From an uncultured Chloroflexia bacterium (GTDB taxonomy: Bacteria; Chloroflexota; Limnocylindria; Limnocylindrales; CSP1-4), in NCBI GenBank assembly GCA_963834915.1, contig CAWIDI010000006.1:84444-148443 (forward strand): a stretch of 64,000 nt of DNA, read 5' to 3'. Both the position numbers and the translations under genes were made by a program. Position 1 is the first letter of the stretch. Every line of letters begins with the position of its first letter. Under the pieces are notes generated by a model. It was not told the origin of the DNA. It searched no databases and worked only from the letters and a program-made list of their open reading frames with translations. Positions 1 through 10,293 of this stretch are shown one piece after another.

Positions 1-834
1 GAGCCGGGTCCCCGCCTGGTACCAGATGAGGTCGCCCTTGGGCACGAGGCCGGTCGCGGCCGCCCGCGCCGCGAGGTCCGCGGCGGTGAACAGGTAGCGG
101 CCACCCTGGTAGGCGTCGCGGACGATGAACACCGCGTAGCGGCCCGGGCGGAGCACACGGTGGATCTCCGCGAACGCGTCGCCCATCCGGTCGAGGAAGG
201 TCGGGTAGTCGGGGGCGTTGGCGAGGTCGGCGGGTGAATCGGTGACCATCGCGTAATCCGTGCGGCGGTTCGCGTGGGCCTCGGCGAGCCGGCCCCCGGC
301 CATCGTGAGCGGCAGCTGGACGTTGTAGGGCGGATCGGTCGCGACGAAGTCGACCGAGGCGTCGGCCAGCGTCGGGAGGACGGCCAGTGCGTCGCCGAGT
401 CGCAGCTCGCAGCCGGACGGGTCGAAGCCGCGCGGCCCGCCGGGATCCGTCGGCCCGAGGTCCGCGATCGACGGCCCCGCCCCGTCGCGCTCGGCGGCGA
501 GGTCCCGTGCCACGGTCTCGTAGATCTCGATCCAGCGCGGCTCGAGCTCGATGCCGATCGCCCGCCGCGGCCCGCGCGCGATGGCCGCGCCCAGCAGCGT
601 GCCGCCGACACCGGCGAACGGGTCGAGGACCAGCTCGCCGGTCCGGGTGAAGAACTCGATCAGCCGGGCCATCAGCCGCGGCGGCTTGTTCGCGCCGTGC
701 GTGCGGCGCGCGGCGTGCCCGAGCTCCGACGGATAGGCCGTGGTCAGGACCGACTTGGTGAAGTAGAGCCATTCCTCGCCGGTCAGCTCGTTGAGCGTGT
801 TGTCCGGGTGGGGGGCGGGTCGGCCGTCGGTCAT
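1..834 (-). CDS. DNA amino-methyltransferase (N6/N4 type), 3' end cut by window edge
   Basis: Absent from the ORF track because it runs off base 1. Minus-strand translation from ATG (complement 832-834) reads [58 protein letters not shown] (AdoMet block)..[11 protein letters not shown] (catalytic block)..[13 protein letters not shown]. No stop down to base 1. Confidence 0.75.
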   Translation of the reverse strand, partial: MTDGRPAPHPDNTLNELTGEEWLYFTKSVLTTAYPSELGHAARRTHGANKPPRLMARLIEFFTRTGELVLDPFAGVGGTLLGAAIARGPRRAIGIELEPRWIEIYETVARDLAAERDGAGPSIADLGPTDPGGPRGFDPSGCELRLGDALAVLPTLADASVDFVATDPPYNVQLPLTMAGGRLAEAHANRRTDYAMVTDSPADLANAPDYPTFLDRMGDAFAEIHRVLRPGRYAVFIVRDAYQGGRYLFTAADLAARAAATGLVPKGDLIWYQAGTRL

Positions 835-888
835 CGCGGGCAGCGTAGGGCAGGCCCGGCCGCGGCGTGCGACGCCTGTCGTTGGCGT

Positions 889-3800
889 ATGAAGGCCGAC
901 ATAGAATGGGCCATGCCTGCCGGATACGTGAGCGCGCGGTACGTCGGACGCGAAGACGCCTTCGCGCGGCTCGCGACCGTGCTCGACGACGCCGTCCACG
1001 GTCGCGCGCGGGCGATGCTGGTCAGCGGGCCGGCGGGCGTCGGCATCAGCCGCTTCTTCGACGAGGCGACCGGCCGCATCGGCGGGCTGACCGAGCCGAT
1101 GACCGTGCTCCGCGGCGGCGCGATGCCAGCGGGCACCGACGAGCCGTACGGCCCTCTCGTCCGGGCGATCGGGCCGGCCCTCGCCGCGCTCCCAGACGCC
1201 GACCTCGACGTCGTGCTCGGGCCGGCCGCGGTCGAGCTGGCGAGGCTGCTCCCACCGTTGCGTGCCCGGCTGGAGGCCGGCGGCATGTCGTTCGAGGGGA
1301 TCCGCCCGGGGGCGCCGGAGCGTCGCCAGGCGCGGACGATGGAGGGCGTCCTCGGGATGCTCGGTCGACTCGGCGAGCGCCGGCCGGTCGTGCTCATCCT
1401 GGAGGACCTGCACCGCGCCGACGTGGCGACCCGCTCGCTGGTCATGTTCCTCGCGCGCATCGCCGCGGACCAGCGCCTGGTGCTCGTCGCGTCCGACCAG
1501 CCCGACATCATCCCGCACGACGATCCGTGGGTCGCCGCGGTCGCGACCATCACCGACTCCTCCCGGCCGCTCGAGCGCCTGGCGATGCCGCCCCTCGACC
1601 GTGGGGAGCTGGCCGCGCTGATCGAGGGGATCGAGGGCGAGCGGACGTCAGCTAGCCTGCTGCTGCTCGTCGCGGAGCGCTCGGGTGGGAGCCCGCTCGT
1701 CGCCGAGGAGCTCCTGGCGGCGCGTCGCGAGCTGCCGTCGGCGTCGCTCTCGGGCTCGCTCGACGAGCTGGTCGTCGGACGTCTCGGGATCCGTTCCGTC
1801 GAGTGCCGGCGGGTCCTGCGCCTGCTCGCTCCCGCCGGCCGGTCCATCGACCCCGCGCGGCTGGCGCGGATCGCGGCCGATTTCGAGATCGACACGTCCC
1901 GCCCGGCCCCGCGATCGGTGACCTCGCCGCGCCGCGGCCACGGCGTCCTCGACGCCGACGTCACGGCCGGGCTGGCCGAGGCGATCGAGCACGGCTTCCT
2001 GGTGGAGCGCGACGGCGCGGTCGGCTTCCGCCACGAGCTGATCGGCACCGCGGTCGAGCGCGACCTCCTGCCGCTGGCCCGGACGCGCCACCATGCCTCG
2101 CTGGCGGCGGCGCTGAGCGACGTGCCGGCCGCGGCCGCCCAGCACTGGGTCGAGGCCCACGACGCGCCCGCGGCGCGGCTCTCGGCGATCGAGGCGGCCG
2201 ACCTCGCGGCCGCCAGGCACGCCGCGGCCGATGAGCTCGGCGCGCTCGAGCTGGCGCTCTCGCTCAGCGACCGCGCCGGCACGGTCGGCGCGGCCTCGCG
2301 CCGCCGGGTCGACGTCCGCAGCTCCGACCGGGCCGACATCCAGGAGCGGGCGGCCGAGGCCGCGTTCGCGATCGGGCGGACCTCCCGCGCGTCAGCCTAT
2401 CTCGAGGCGGCGGTCGGCGCCCTCGACGCTCGGCGGGATCGCGTCCGCATCGGGCTGCTGTACGAGCGCCTCGGGGTCGTCCGCCGGGCGGCCGGCGATG
2501 CGGTCGGTGCGCGCGACGCCGCCAGGCGGGCCGTGGAGCTCATCGCGCGAGATCCCACGCCGGAGCGGGCCACGGTCCTCGCCTCGTTCGCGCAGATGTC
2601 GATGCTCGACGGGCTCTTCTCGGATGCCCAGCGCCTCGCGCGCGAGGCGATCAAGGTGGCCCGCGCCGTCGGCCCGGCGGCCCGCGATCAGGAGATCCAC
2701 GCGACCACGACGCTCGCGGTCGCGCTCGCGTGGGGCACGGACCCGAACGCCGCCATCGAGCTGCTGCGCGAGGCCGAGACCGCCGCGCGCGAGGTGGAAG
2801 ACCCCGATGCGCTCTTCCGGGTCACGGCCAACCTGACGACCGTGCTGGACCTGGTCGGCCGGCGGGCCGAGGCGGTCGAGGTCGCCTACCAGGGCATCGA
2901 GGACGCCCGTCAGGCGGGCCTCGAGGCCGTCTATGGCAACTTCCTCGCCGGCAACGTCATGGAATCGCTCGTCCTGCTCGGCCGCTGGCCCGAGGCGCGC
3001 CAGCTGAGTGCCCGCGCGCTCGCCTGGCGCCCGACCGGGGTCGCGTTCCTGATGGGGATCGTGCAGCTGGCCACGATCGAGATCGAGACCGAATCGGGCG
3101 AGCGCGCGGGCCGGCTGCTCGGCCAGACCGTGCTCGAGTTCGATGCCCTGCGGGAGCCCCAGCTGGCGGCCCCGTACTACCTCGCGGCCGCTTCGTACGG
3201 CCTATGGCGCGGCGACGTGGCCGACGCGGGCCGGTCGGTGGAGCGGGGCTGGTCGGTCGTGCGCACGACCGAGGAATGGGTCCTCGCGGCGCGGATGACC
3301 GCGATGGTCGCGCGGGTGGACGCCGCCGCCGGCGCGGAGGCTCGGGAACGCCGCCAGCTCGCGCCACTGGCGGCGGCACGGTCGCGGACCGCGGAGGTGC
3401 TGGCCATCGCGACCGGGCTGGTCGAGGCTGCCGGGGCGCCGCCGACCGCCGGCTCACGCCGGATCGCGGAGGCCTACCTCGCGACGGCGCGCGGCTACCA
3501 GCGGCGGCTCGAAGGCGACGACGACGCGGCGGTCTGGGCGAAGGTCGCGACGCTGTGGCAGGAGCTCGACGCCCCCTACGAGGAGGCGCTGGCCCGCTGG
3601 CGGCAGGCCGAGGCGCTGCTGGCGACCGATGGCGCCCGTTCCGGCCGGGCGGCGGCCCGGCGCGCGCTGCTCGAATCGGTCCGGCTCGCCATCGGGCTGG
3701 GCGCGCGACCGCTGGTCCGCGAGCTCGAGGAGCTTGCCGGTCGGGGCAGGATCGACCTCCCGGACGAGGTCGGGGTGATGCTCCGCGGCGATGCCCGCGA

Positions 3801-4152
3801 TGAGGACCGCAAGGACGCGCCCGGCGCCGACATCGGCGCCGCGGCCTCGGCTCCGCCCCAGGCGGTCGATGCCGTCAACGGCAACGGCCGGTCCGCGCTG
3901 GTGCGCACGATCGCCGGCGATCCGCTCCCGACGACCCGACGTCCCGACCCCTTCGGGCTCAGCGGCCGCGAGCGCGAGGTGCTCGTGCTGGTCGCCCAGG
4001 GGCGCACCAACCGCGAGATCGGGGAGCGCCTCTTCATCAGCCAGAAGACGGTCGGCGTCCACGTCGGGAACATCCTGTCGAAGCTGGAGGTATCGGGCCG
4101 CGTCGAGGCGGCGGCCGTGGCGATCCGGCTGGGGCTGACCGACCGGTCGTAG
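889..4152 (+). CDS. Large ATP-binding LuxR-family regulator (LAL/MalT-like: P-loop NTPase + helical/TPR repeats + LuxR HTH)
   Basis: Last ~1080 codons of track ORF 274..4152, from ATG 889 (alternative 913). P-loop GPAGVGIS, long Ala/Leu/Arg helical repeat region, C-terminal [44 protein letters not shown]. The first 205 codons of the ORF are antisense to the methylase gene and were dropped. Confidence 0.85.
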   Translation: MKADIEWAMPAGYVSARYVGREDAFARLATVLDDAVHGRARAMLVSGPAGVGISRFFDEATGRIGGLTEPMTVLRGGAMPAGTDEPYGPLVRAIGPALAALPDADLDVVLGPAAVELARLLPPLRARLEAGGMSFEGIRPGAPERRQARTMEGVLGMLGRLGERRPVVLILEDLHRADVATRSLVMFLARIAADQRLVLVASDQPDIIPHDDPWVAAVATITDSSRPLERLAMPPLDRGELAALIEGIEGERTSASLLLLVAERSGGSPLVAEELLAARRELPSASLSGSLDELVVGRLGIRSVECRRVLRLLAPAGRSIDPARLARIAADFEIDTSRPAPRSVTSPRRGHGVLDADVTAGLAEAIEHGFLVERDGAVGFRHELIGTAVERDLLPLARTRHHASLAAALSDVPAAAAQHWVEAHDAPAARLSAIEAADLAAARHAAADELGALELALSLSDRAGTVGAASRRRVDVRSSDRADIQERAAEAAFAIGRTSRASAYLEAAVGALDARRDRVRIGLLYERLGVVRRAAGDAVGARDAARRAVELIARDPTPERATVLASFAQMSMLDGLFSDAQRLAREAIKVARAVGPAARDQEIHATTTLAVALAWGTDPNAAIELLREAETAAREVEDPDALFRVTANLTTVLDLVGRRAEAVEVAYQGIEDARQAGLEAVYGNFLAGNVMESLVLLGRWPEARQLSARALAWRPTGVAFLMGIVQLATIEIETESGERAGRLLGQTVLEFDALREPQLAAPYYLAAASYGLWRGDVADAGRSVERGWSVVRTTEEWVLAARMTAMVARVDAAAGAEARERRQLAPLAAARSRTAEVLAIATGLVEAAGAPPTAGSRRIAEAYLATARGYQRRLEGDDDAAVWAKVATLWQELDAPYEEALARWRQAEALLATDGARSGRAAARRALLESVRLAIGLGARPLVRELEELAGRGRIDLPDEVGVMLRGDARDEDRKDAPGADIGAAASAPPQAVDAVNGNGRSALVRTIAGDPLPTTRRPDPFGLSGREREVLVLVAQGRTNREIGERLFISQKTVGVHVGNILSKLEVSGRVEAAAVAIRLGLTDRS

Positions 4153-4172
4153 GGTCCTCGGACACCACGAAA

Positions 4173-4193
4173 CCCGGAGGGAGGGTCTCCGGG
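4173..4193 (+). terminator. Weak hairpin after the LAL gene
   Basis: CCCGGAG-7 nt-CTCCGGG about 20 nt after the stop codon, followed by CTTCG. No real U-tract. Confidence 0.3.
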
Positions 4194-4273
4194 CTTCGAG
4201 GGTCGCCTATCGCTTCGTTTCGGAATGGACTCCTGGCGAAGCAGCGAAATGAGACAGCGAGGTCAGTTCGCCT

Positions 4274-4375
4274 CTAGTGCCACTTGGTACCGGCAGCGAG
4301 GGCGAGGGCGACCGCGACGAGCGGTCCGACAGTGACGGCGAGCTTCCAGGCCCGCCCGGCGAAGTCCTTGATCAT
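4274..4375 (-). CDS. Hypothetical 33-aa hydrophobic peptide
   Basis: Internal ATG of track ORF 4274..4531 gives MIKDFAGRAWKLAVTVGPLVAVALALAAGTKWH (one TM helix). GGAG about 9 nt upstream. No family recognised. Confidence 0.25.
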   Translation of the reverse strand: MIKDFAGRAWKLAVTVGPLVAVALALAAGTKWH

Positions 4376-4637
4376 CGGGAAAGCTCCGATCCAGCATTGG
4401 GGTGCCATAGGCCACATCCCGGTCAAAGGGAGGTGGACAGCGAGACTAGGTCGTGGGCGCCGCGCGAGACAACCGCGACGATGGTCAGGGGCGGATAGCC
4501 CGGAAGTACCACTCGGCGCACTCGCGGCCAAGGGCGGCGCAGCCGGCCCGCGCGACAGGATGCCGCTCCGACGATAGATTCACTCAGGGCGGCGACGTTT
4601 TCGGCCCGCCCAAACCCACGAAAGGCCCCTGCCACCC

Positions 4638-5145
4638 ATGCGTGTTCCCCCGCGTCTTCCGCTGATCCTGCTGGTCGCACTTGCGGTGACCGCCTGCACC
4701 AATGCGTCCGCCGGATGGACCTACACGCCCGCGCCGCCCGCGACGCCGGTCCCCAGCGTCGCGCCGTCGGCCAGCGCCGGCGCCTCCGGCTCCCCGGGCG
4801 CGTCGGCCTCGGCCGCACCGTCGGGCTCCGCCGCGCCGTCGGCGAGCGCCTCGGGCGGGACCGCCGGGCCGCCCATCTCGATCGTCGCCCAGGGGATCGC
4901 CTTCACGACCACCGACGTGACCGCCCCGGCCAACACCGCCGTTCCAGATCGACTTCGACAACGAGGACGCCGGGACCCAGCACAACGTCGAGATCAAGGA
5001 CGCCTCCGGCGCCGAGGTGTTCAAGGGCGACATCTTCCCGGGGGTCGCGCACAAGACCTACGACGTGCCCGCCCTGGCCGCCGGGGCGTACACCTTCCAC
5101 TGCATCGTGCACCCCAACATGATCGGCAACCTGACGGTCCAATGA
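4638..5145 (+). pseudogene. Cupredoxin-domain lipoprotein, frame broken once as assembled
   Basis: ORF 4638..5177 gives a signal peptide with lipobox (LVALAVTAC), an Ala/Ser/Pro linker, then ISIVAQGIAFTTTDVTAPANTA. After ~4941 the conserved continuation FQIDFDNEDAGTQHNVEIKDASGAEVFKGDIFPGVAHKTYDVPALAAGAYTFHCIVHPNMIGNLTVQ* lies in the +1 frame (Cu-ligand pattern H..C..H..M). Confidence 0.7.
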
Positions 5146-5173
5146 GCCAGGGCACGATGACGGCCCGCGCGGC

Positions 5174-5924
5174 GTGACGGCCGTCGGCGAACAGCTCGCG
5201 TACTCGGACGCCTACCTGCAGCGGGTCGCGGCAAGGGTCGTGGCGGTGGAATGCCGGGGAGGCACCGCTCGTCGTGCTCGATCGGACGGTCTTCTACCCG
5301 GGCGGCGGCGGCCAGCCGGCCGACCGCGGCGTCATCCTGCGGACCGCCGACGGGCGATCCTGGACGGTCCGCGCCGCCCGCAAGGCGGACGGTGAGATCG
5401 CCCACGAGCTGGAGCCGGACGAAGGCGGGCCGCCGGAGGTCGGCGACGTCGTCGAGGTCGACCTCGACTGGGCGCGCCGGCTGACGCTGATGCGGACCCA
5501 TACCGCGCTCCACGCGCTGTGCGGCGTCGTCTGGCGCGACTACGGCGCCCACGTCACGGGCGGCAACATGGAGCCCGGGACCGCGCGCATGGACTTCGAG
5601 TTCGAGCGCATGTCGGGCGAGCTCGTCGACGAGATCGAGGCGACGGTCAACCGCGAGCTGGCCGCCGAGCGCGAGGTCCGGGTCGACGTCCTGCCGCGCG
5701 CCGAGGCGTTCGCCATCCCGGACCTGATCCGGACCAGGGTCAACCTGCTCCCCGAGGGGATCGAGGAGATCCGCACCATCGAGATCGTCGGGCTGGACCT
5801 CCAGGCCGACGGCGGCACGCACGTGGCGAACACCCGCGAGGTCGGGGCGATCCGCGTCACCGGCTACGAGTCCAAGGGCCGCATCAACAAGCGGATCCGG
5901 ATCGCCCTCGACGATCCGGCCTGA
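5174..5924 (+). pseudogene. alaX: AlaX-type alanyl-tRNA editing protein, frame broken once as assembled
   Basis: ORF 5174..5395 (GTG) starts MTAVGEQLAYSDAYLQRVAARVVAVE. The family continuation ..APLVVLDRTVFYPGGGGQPADRG..THTALHAL..GGTHV.. is ORF 5274..5924 in the +1 frame. Break near 5250-5258. Confidence 0.75.
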
Positions 5925-5975
5925 CCGGCGGGTCAGGCTCGCGCGGCGATGGCGCGTGTGGCACGATCGTGAGCG

Positions 5976-7094
5976 ATGGCCAGAGTCCCGATGCCAGTTC
6001 TCGCTACCCCGCTGATCCGGCGTGTCGCGTGGCACATCCGGCGGGTCGGCGGGTCGCTGGACCGGCGCTTCTTCCTGACGCTCGCGGAGGGCATCGTCGG
6101 GTTCGTGCTGGTCGGGGCGCTCTTCATCACGCTGTTCGAGAAGACATGGACGATCGAGTCCGTGTTCGACTCGTTCAACTGGGGGATCGCGACCGTCCTG
6201 GGTCAGGGCGACTCGGCGTTCGTGACCTCGCCCGGCGGGCGGATCGTCGGCTGGTTGCTCATCCTGTTCGGCGTCGCCATGCTCGGCATGATCACCGGCG
6301 CCCTTGTCGCGATGGTCATCGACTTCCTGCTCAAGGAGGGCCAGGGTTTGGGTGCGTCCGGGTTCAAGGACCACGTCATCGTGTGCGGCTGGAACTCGAC
6401 CGCCCGCGACCTCATCGAAGAGCTGAAGGGCGACGACTATCACCTCAAGGTGGTGGTCCTCGCCGACGCCGACAAGAACCCAGCGGGGAACGGTGTCTAC
6501 TTCGTCCGCGGCGACGCGACCAACGCCGAGGACCTCGACCGGGCGGGCCTCGAGTCGGCGGCCGCGGCCATCGTGTTCCCGGTCGACGGCAGCGACGCGG
6601 CCGACATGCAGTCGATCCTGACCATCATGGCGATCAAGCACACGGCGCCGGGCGTCCGCGTCGTCTCGGAGGTCAACAACCCTCGCCACGAGATGCACTT
6701 CCGCCGCGCCGAGGTCGACGAGCTGCTGGTGAGCTCCAAGCTGGCGTCGCACCTGCTCGCGCGATCCGCGCTGTACCCCGGGCTGACGTCCCTGGTGACT
6801 GACATCGTGTCCGGGGGGATCGGTTCCGAGCTGTACCGGATCGTGCTCCCATCCGACTACACCGGCTTGACCGTCGACGTGGCATCAGCTCGTCTTCGCG
6901 AGGAGCATCGCGCCACGCTGCTGTCCGTCAACCGCGCCGGACAGGCCTACACCAACCCGCCGGTCGAGTTCCTCATCGTCGACGGCGACGACGCGATCGT
7001 CGTCGCGGAGAGCCTGGGCGAGCTCGCCCCGCTGGAGCTGCGCGACGCGACGGTGCCACGCCCGGGCAGCGCCTCGGTGGTGCCGTCGGCCTAG
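5976..7094 (+). CDS. Two-TM cation channel with RCK (TrkA-N/TrkA-C) gating domains
   Basis: Two TM helices flank the pore loop FNWGIATVLGQGD, followed by a Rossmann-like HVIVCGWNSTARDLIEEL and a TrkA-C-like C-terminus. Confidence 0.85.
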   Translation: MARVPMPVLATPLIRRVAWHIRRVGGSLDRRFFLTLAEGIVGFVLVGALFITLFEKTWTIESVFDSFNWGIATVLGQGDSAFVTSPGGRIVGWLLILFGVAMLGMITGALVAMVIDFLLKEGQGLGASGFKDHVIVCGWNSTARDLIEELKGDDYHLKVVVLADADKNPAGNGVYFVRGDATNAEDLDRAGLESAAAAIVFPVDGSDAADMQSILTIMAIKHTAPGVRVVSEVNNPRHEMHFRRAEVDELLVSSKLASHLLARSALYPGLTSLVTDIVSGGIGSELYRIVLPSDYTGLTVDVASARLREEHRATLLSVNRAGQAYTNPPVEFLIVDGDDAIVVAESLGELAPLELRDATVPRPGSASVVPSA

Positions 7095-7112
7095 ACCCGG
7101 CCCGGGCATGTC

Positions 7113-7137
7113 GAAGCCCCGGCGGGGCCGGGGCTTC
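7113..7137. terminator. Bidirectional GC-rich hairpin between convergent genes
   Basis: Perfect 11-bp inverted repeat GAAGCCCCGGC-GGG-GCCGGGGCTTC between the channel stop (7094) and the pntB stop (7160). Confidence 0.55.
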
Positions 7138-7159
7138 GGGTCCGGCGGGCGGGCCGGTC

Positions 7160-8599
7160 CTAGAGCGCCTTGACCGCCGCGGTCAGGGCTGCCAGGCCGT
7201 CCTTGGCGTCGGCGAAGAGCATCCCCGTCTTGGGGTCGCTGTACAGCTCGTTGTCGATGCCGGCGTAGCCCTTGCCCATCGAGCGCTTGATCACGACGAT
7301 GGACTTGGCGTGGTCGACGTCGAGGATGGGCATCCCCGAGACCGGCGAGCCGGGTCGGCGCGCCGCCGGGTTCGTCACGTCGTTGGCGCCGATGACCAGC
7401 GCCACGTCGCAGCGATCGAACTCGGGGTTGATCTCCTCCATCTCCTTGAGCTGGGGGTACGGGACGTTCGCCTCGGCGAGGAGGACGTTCATGTGCCCCG
7501 GCATCCGGCCGGCGACGGGATGGATGGCGTACTTGACGTCGACGCCCTTGGCCTCGAGCAGCTCGGCGAGCTCGCGCACGGCGTGCTGCGCCTGGGCGAC
7601 CGCCAGGCCGTAGCCCGGCACGATGATCACGGACTGGGCGTAGGCCAGCTGGATCGCCACGTCGTCGGCGCCGATCTCGCGGACGCTCGCGCCGGCCGCG
7701 CCGGCGGTCGCACCCGCAGCGTCGTCGCCGCCGCCGAACCCGCCGACCATGATGTTCATCACGGAGCGGTTCATCGCGTCGGCCATCAGCTTGGTCAGGA
7801 TCGCGCCCGACGCCCCGACGAGGGCGCCGGAGATGATGAGGACCGGGTTGCCCAGGACGAAGCCGGCCATCGCCGCCGCCGTCCCGGTGAACGAGTTCAG
7901 CAGGCTGATGACGACCGGCATGTCGGCGCCGCCGATCGGCAGGACCATCGTGACCCCGAAGATCAGCCCGGCCAGCACGACGAGGCCCAGGAGCGCCAGG
8001 GTGACCGAGCTGTCGAAGGTCAGCGTGCCCACGGCGCCCAGGATCAGCGCGACGGTGCCGATGACCGCGACGACCGCCAGCAGGACCGTGACGATCTGGC
8101 CGCCCGGCACGTAGATGGGCCTGCCCGGGATCAGTCCCTGCAGCTTGCCGCCCGCGATGAGCGAGCCGGTGAAGGTGACCGAGCCGATGAGCGCGCCGAG
8201 GACGACGAAGATCGTCGTGTCGATCGAGGCGCCCGAGCCGAGGCGGATGAAGTCGTCGATGGCGACGAGGGCCGCCGCGCCGCCGCCGACCGCGTTGAAC
8301 AGCGACACCAGCTGCGGCATCGCAGTCATCTTCACGGTCCGTGCGGTATAGAGGCCGGCGCCGCCACCGATGGCGAAGCCGACGACGATGATCCCGAGGG
8401 CGATCCCGCTCATCCCGCCCTCACGGGTGATCAGGTAGAGCAGGGTCGTGATGACTGCGACCGTCATGCCGGCCGCGCTGAGCCGGTTGCCGTCGCGCGC
8501 CGTGGCGGGCGAGTTCATCCGGTGGAGGCCCAGCACGAAGCAGGCGGCGCCCGCCAGCCAGGCCAGGTAGACGATGGTGTAGATCCACTGCTGTGACAT
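7160..8599 (-). CDS. pntB: NAD(P) transhydrogenase subunit beta
   Basis: 479 aa. Multi-TM N-terminal half and C-terminal NADP(H) domain (..GYGLAVAQAQHAVRELAELLEAKGVDVKYAIHPVAGRMPGHMNVLLAEA..). Confidence 0.95.
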   Translation of the reverse strand: MSQQWIYTIVYLAWLAGAACFVLGLHRMNSPATARDGNRLSAAGMTVAVITTLLYLITREGGMSGIALGIIVVGFAIGGGAGLYTARTVKMTAMPQLVSLFNAVGGGAAALVAIDDFIRLGSGASIDTTIFVVLGALIGSVTFTGSLIAGGKLQGLIPGRPIYVPGGQIVTVLLAVVAVIGTVALILGAVGTLTFDSSVTLALLGLVVLAGLIFGVTMVLPIGGADMPVVISLLNSFTGTAAAMAGFVLGNPVLIISGALVGASGAILTKLMADAMNRSVMNIMVGGFGGGDDAAGATAGAAGASVREIGADDVAIQLAYAQSVIIVPGYGLAVAQAQHAVRELAELLEAKGVDVKYAIHPVAGRMPGHMNVLLAEANVPYPQLKEMEEINPEFDRCDVALVIGANDVTNPAARRPGSPVSGMPILDVDHAKSIVVIKRSMGKGYAGIDNELYSDPKTGMLFADAKDGLAALTAAVKAL

Positions 8600-8614
8600 C
8601 GGCGTGCTCCTCGA

Positions 8615-8947
8615 CTAGGCGCCGGGGGCGTCGGTGACGCCCTCGGTCCCGGCCTTGGGGGCCGTCGGCTTCTTGCGGAACATCTGCAGCATCCGGTCCG
8701 TGACGACGTAGCCGCCGACCACGTTCATCGATCCGAACACCATCGCCACGAAGGCGAGCAGGTAGCTGACCGGGTTGTCGGCCTCGGCCGCGATGATCAT
8801 GGCGCCCACGATGACGATGCCGTGGATCGAGTTGGCCCCGGACATCAGCGGCGTGTGGAGGGTCGCGGGGACCTTGCTGATGACCTCGAAGCCGACGAGG
8901 ATCGCCAGCGTGAAGATCGCCAGCGAGGTGAGGAGTTCGTTGCTCAC
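8615..8947 (-). CDS. pntAB: NAD(P) transhydrogenase subunit alpha, membrane part
   Basis: 110 aa hydrophobic protein (..HTPLMSGANSIHGIVIVGA..). Sits between pntAA and pntB, with a 4-nt overlap with pntAA. Confidence 0.9.
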   Translation of the reverse strand: MSNELLTSLAIFTLAILVGFEVISKVPATLHTPLMSGANSIHGIVIVGAMIIAAEADNPVSYLLAFVAMVFGSMNVVGGYVVTDRMLQMFRKKPTAPKAGTEGVTDAPGA

Positions 8948-10116
8948 GCGGGCCCTCCTGCCGCCGGCGCGGCCGGCTCGAGCAGCTTCTTGACGGCGTC
9001 GGACAGGATCGCTCCGCCGTGGGAGATGACGGTCGACTTGGTGACTTCGTCCTCGAAGTCGAGGTTGAGGTTCCCGTCCTTGACCATCCCGAGCAGGAGC
9101 GCGGAGATGTTGCGGGCGTAGAAGGCCGATGCGCCGGCCGGCATCGAGGCCGGCAGGTTGTCGGGCGCGATGATCGTGACGCCGTTGTCGGTCTCGATGG
9201 TCTCGCCGGCCTTCGACAGCTCGCAGTTGCCGCCGAGGGCGGAGGCCGCCATGTCGACGATGACCGAGCCTGACTTCATCTTGGCGACGGCCTCCGCGGT
9301 GACCAGGACCGGCGGCTTGCGGCCGGGGACCTGGGCCGTGGTGATGACCACGTCCATGCCGCCGATGACCTCGTTGAGCTCGGCCTGCTGGGCGGCCCGC
9401 TCCTCGGCGGTCAGCTCCCGGGCGTACCCGCCGGCGCCCGTGGCGTCGATGGTCGTCTTGAGCTTCACGAACTGGGCGCCGAGCGACTCGGCCTGCTCGC
9501 GGGTCTCGGGCCGGACGTCGTAGGCCCTGACGACCGCGCCGAGGCGCCGGGCGGTGCCGATCGCCTGGAGCCCGGCCACGCCGATCCCGAGGATCAGCAG
9601 GTTGGCCGGCTTGGCGGTCCCCGCGGCCGTGGTCAGCAGCGGGAAGTAGCGGCCGTACGCGTTGGCCGCGATGAGGACCGCCTTGTAGCCGCCGACGTTG
9701 GCCTGGGAGCTGAGCGCGTCCATCGTCTGGGCGCGCGACAGCGTCCGCGGGATGGCGTCGAGGCTGATCGCCGTGACGCCCGCATCGGCGAGCGACTTCG
9801 CCAGCTTCGGGTCGATCAACGGGGCGAGGAACCCGACGACCGCCTGGCCGGAGCGCAGTCGGGCGACCTCCGCCTCGGACGGCTTGGCGACCCGCAGCAC
9901 GACGTCCGCGTCCCTGTAGAGCGCATCGGTCGAGACGATGGTCGCCCCGGCTTCCTGGTAGGCCGCATCCGGGAGGGCGGACCCCGCCCCGGCGCCGGCT
10001 TCGACGAGGATCTCCAGCCCGGCCGCCTTCAGCTTGCCGAGCGCCTCGGGTACCAGGGCGACGCGCCGTTCTCCGGGCGCGCTCTCCTTGGCCACTCCGA
10101 CCTTCATGGGCACCAC
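8944..10116 (-). CDS. pntAA: NAD(P) transhydrogenase subunit alpha, soluble part 1
   Basis: 390 aa alanine-dehydrogenase/PNT fold (VGVAKESAPGERRVALVPE.., ILGIGVAGLQAIGTARRLGA). Confidence 0.95.
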   Translation of the reverse strand: MVPMKVGVAKESAPGERRVALVPEALGKLKAAGLEILVEAGAGAGSALPDAAYQEAGATIVSTDALYRDADVVLRVAKPSEAEVARLRSGQAVVGFLAPLIDPKLAKSLADAGVTAISLDAIPRTLSRAQTMDALSSQANVGGYKAVLIAANAYGRYFPLLTTAAGTAKPANLLILGIGVAGLQAIGTARRLGAVVRAYDVRPETREQAESLGAQFVKLKTTIDATGAGGYARELTAEERAAQQAELNEVIGGMDVVITTAQVPGRKPPVLVTAEAVAKMKSGSVIVDMAASALGGNCELSKAGETIETDNGVTIIAPDNLPASMPAGASAFYARNISALLLGMVKDGNLNLDFEDEVTKSTVISHGGAILSDAVKKLLEPAAPAAGGPA

Positions 10117-10293
10117 CTTGACTTGGGCTGCGGGTGACGGGGCCGCGGACGGGGAAAGGGGTCCGCGGGTGACGCTTGGGGTCGATGGAAGTCTACCGCG
10201 AGCGCCCCCGCGGCGGTGGGCCGCCGAGGGTTGCGAATGGGATGCGACGCGGGCTGGTCGCCTCGTCGCGCAAGCGTTCTCGCCGCCCCCAAG

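Noticed and set aside
274-888. N-terminal 205 codons of the 1292-aa track ORF
   Set aside because: This part is antisense to the methyltransferase gene and has Arg/Gly/Pro-rich composition with no domain. The LAL protein starts plausibly at 889 or 913.
831-2339. 502-aa minus-strand ORF
   Set aside because: It is a Ser/Ala/Arg-rich shadow ORF antisense to the LAL regulator. Long stop-free alternative frames are expected at this GC content.
4376-4637. Cobalamin or other riboswitch upstream of the cupredoxin gene
   Set aside because: A few short strings (AGCCCGGAAG, CAACCGCGA) loosely recall the B12 element. The conserved core and B12 box could not be assembled by eye, so no call is made without a covariance-model search.
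5058-6752. 564-aa minus-strand ORF
   Set aside because: Shadow of the alaX and channel genes. Low-complexity Arg/Asp/Gly sequence with no recognisable family.
7310-8596. 428-aa plus-strand ORF
   Set aside because: Antisense shadow of pntB, which has an unambiguous translation.
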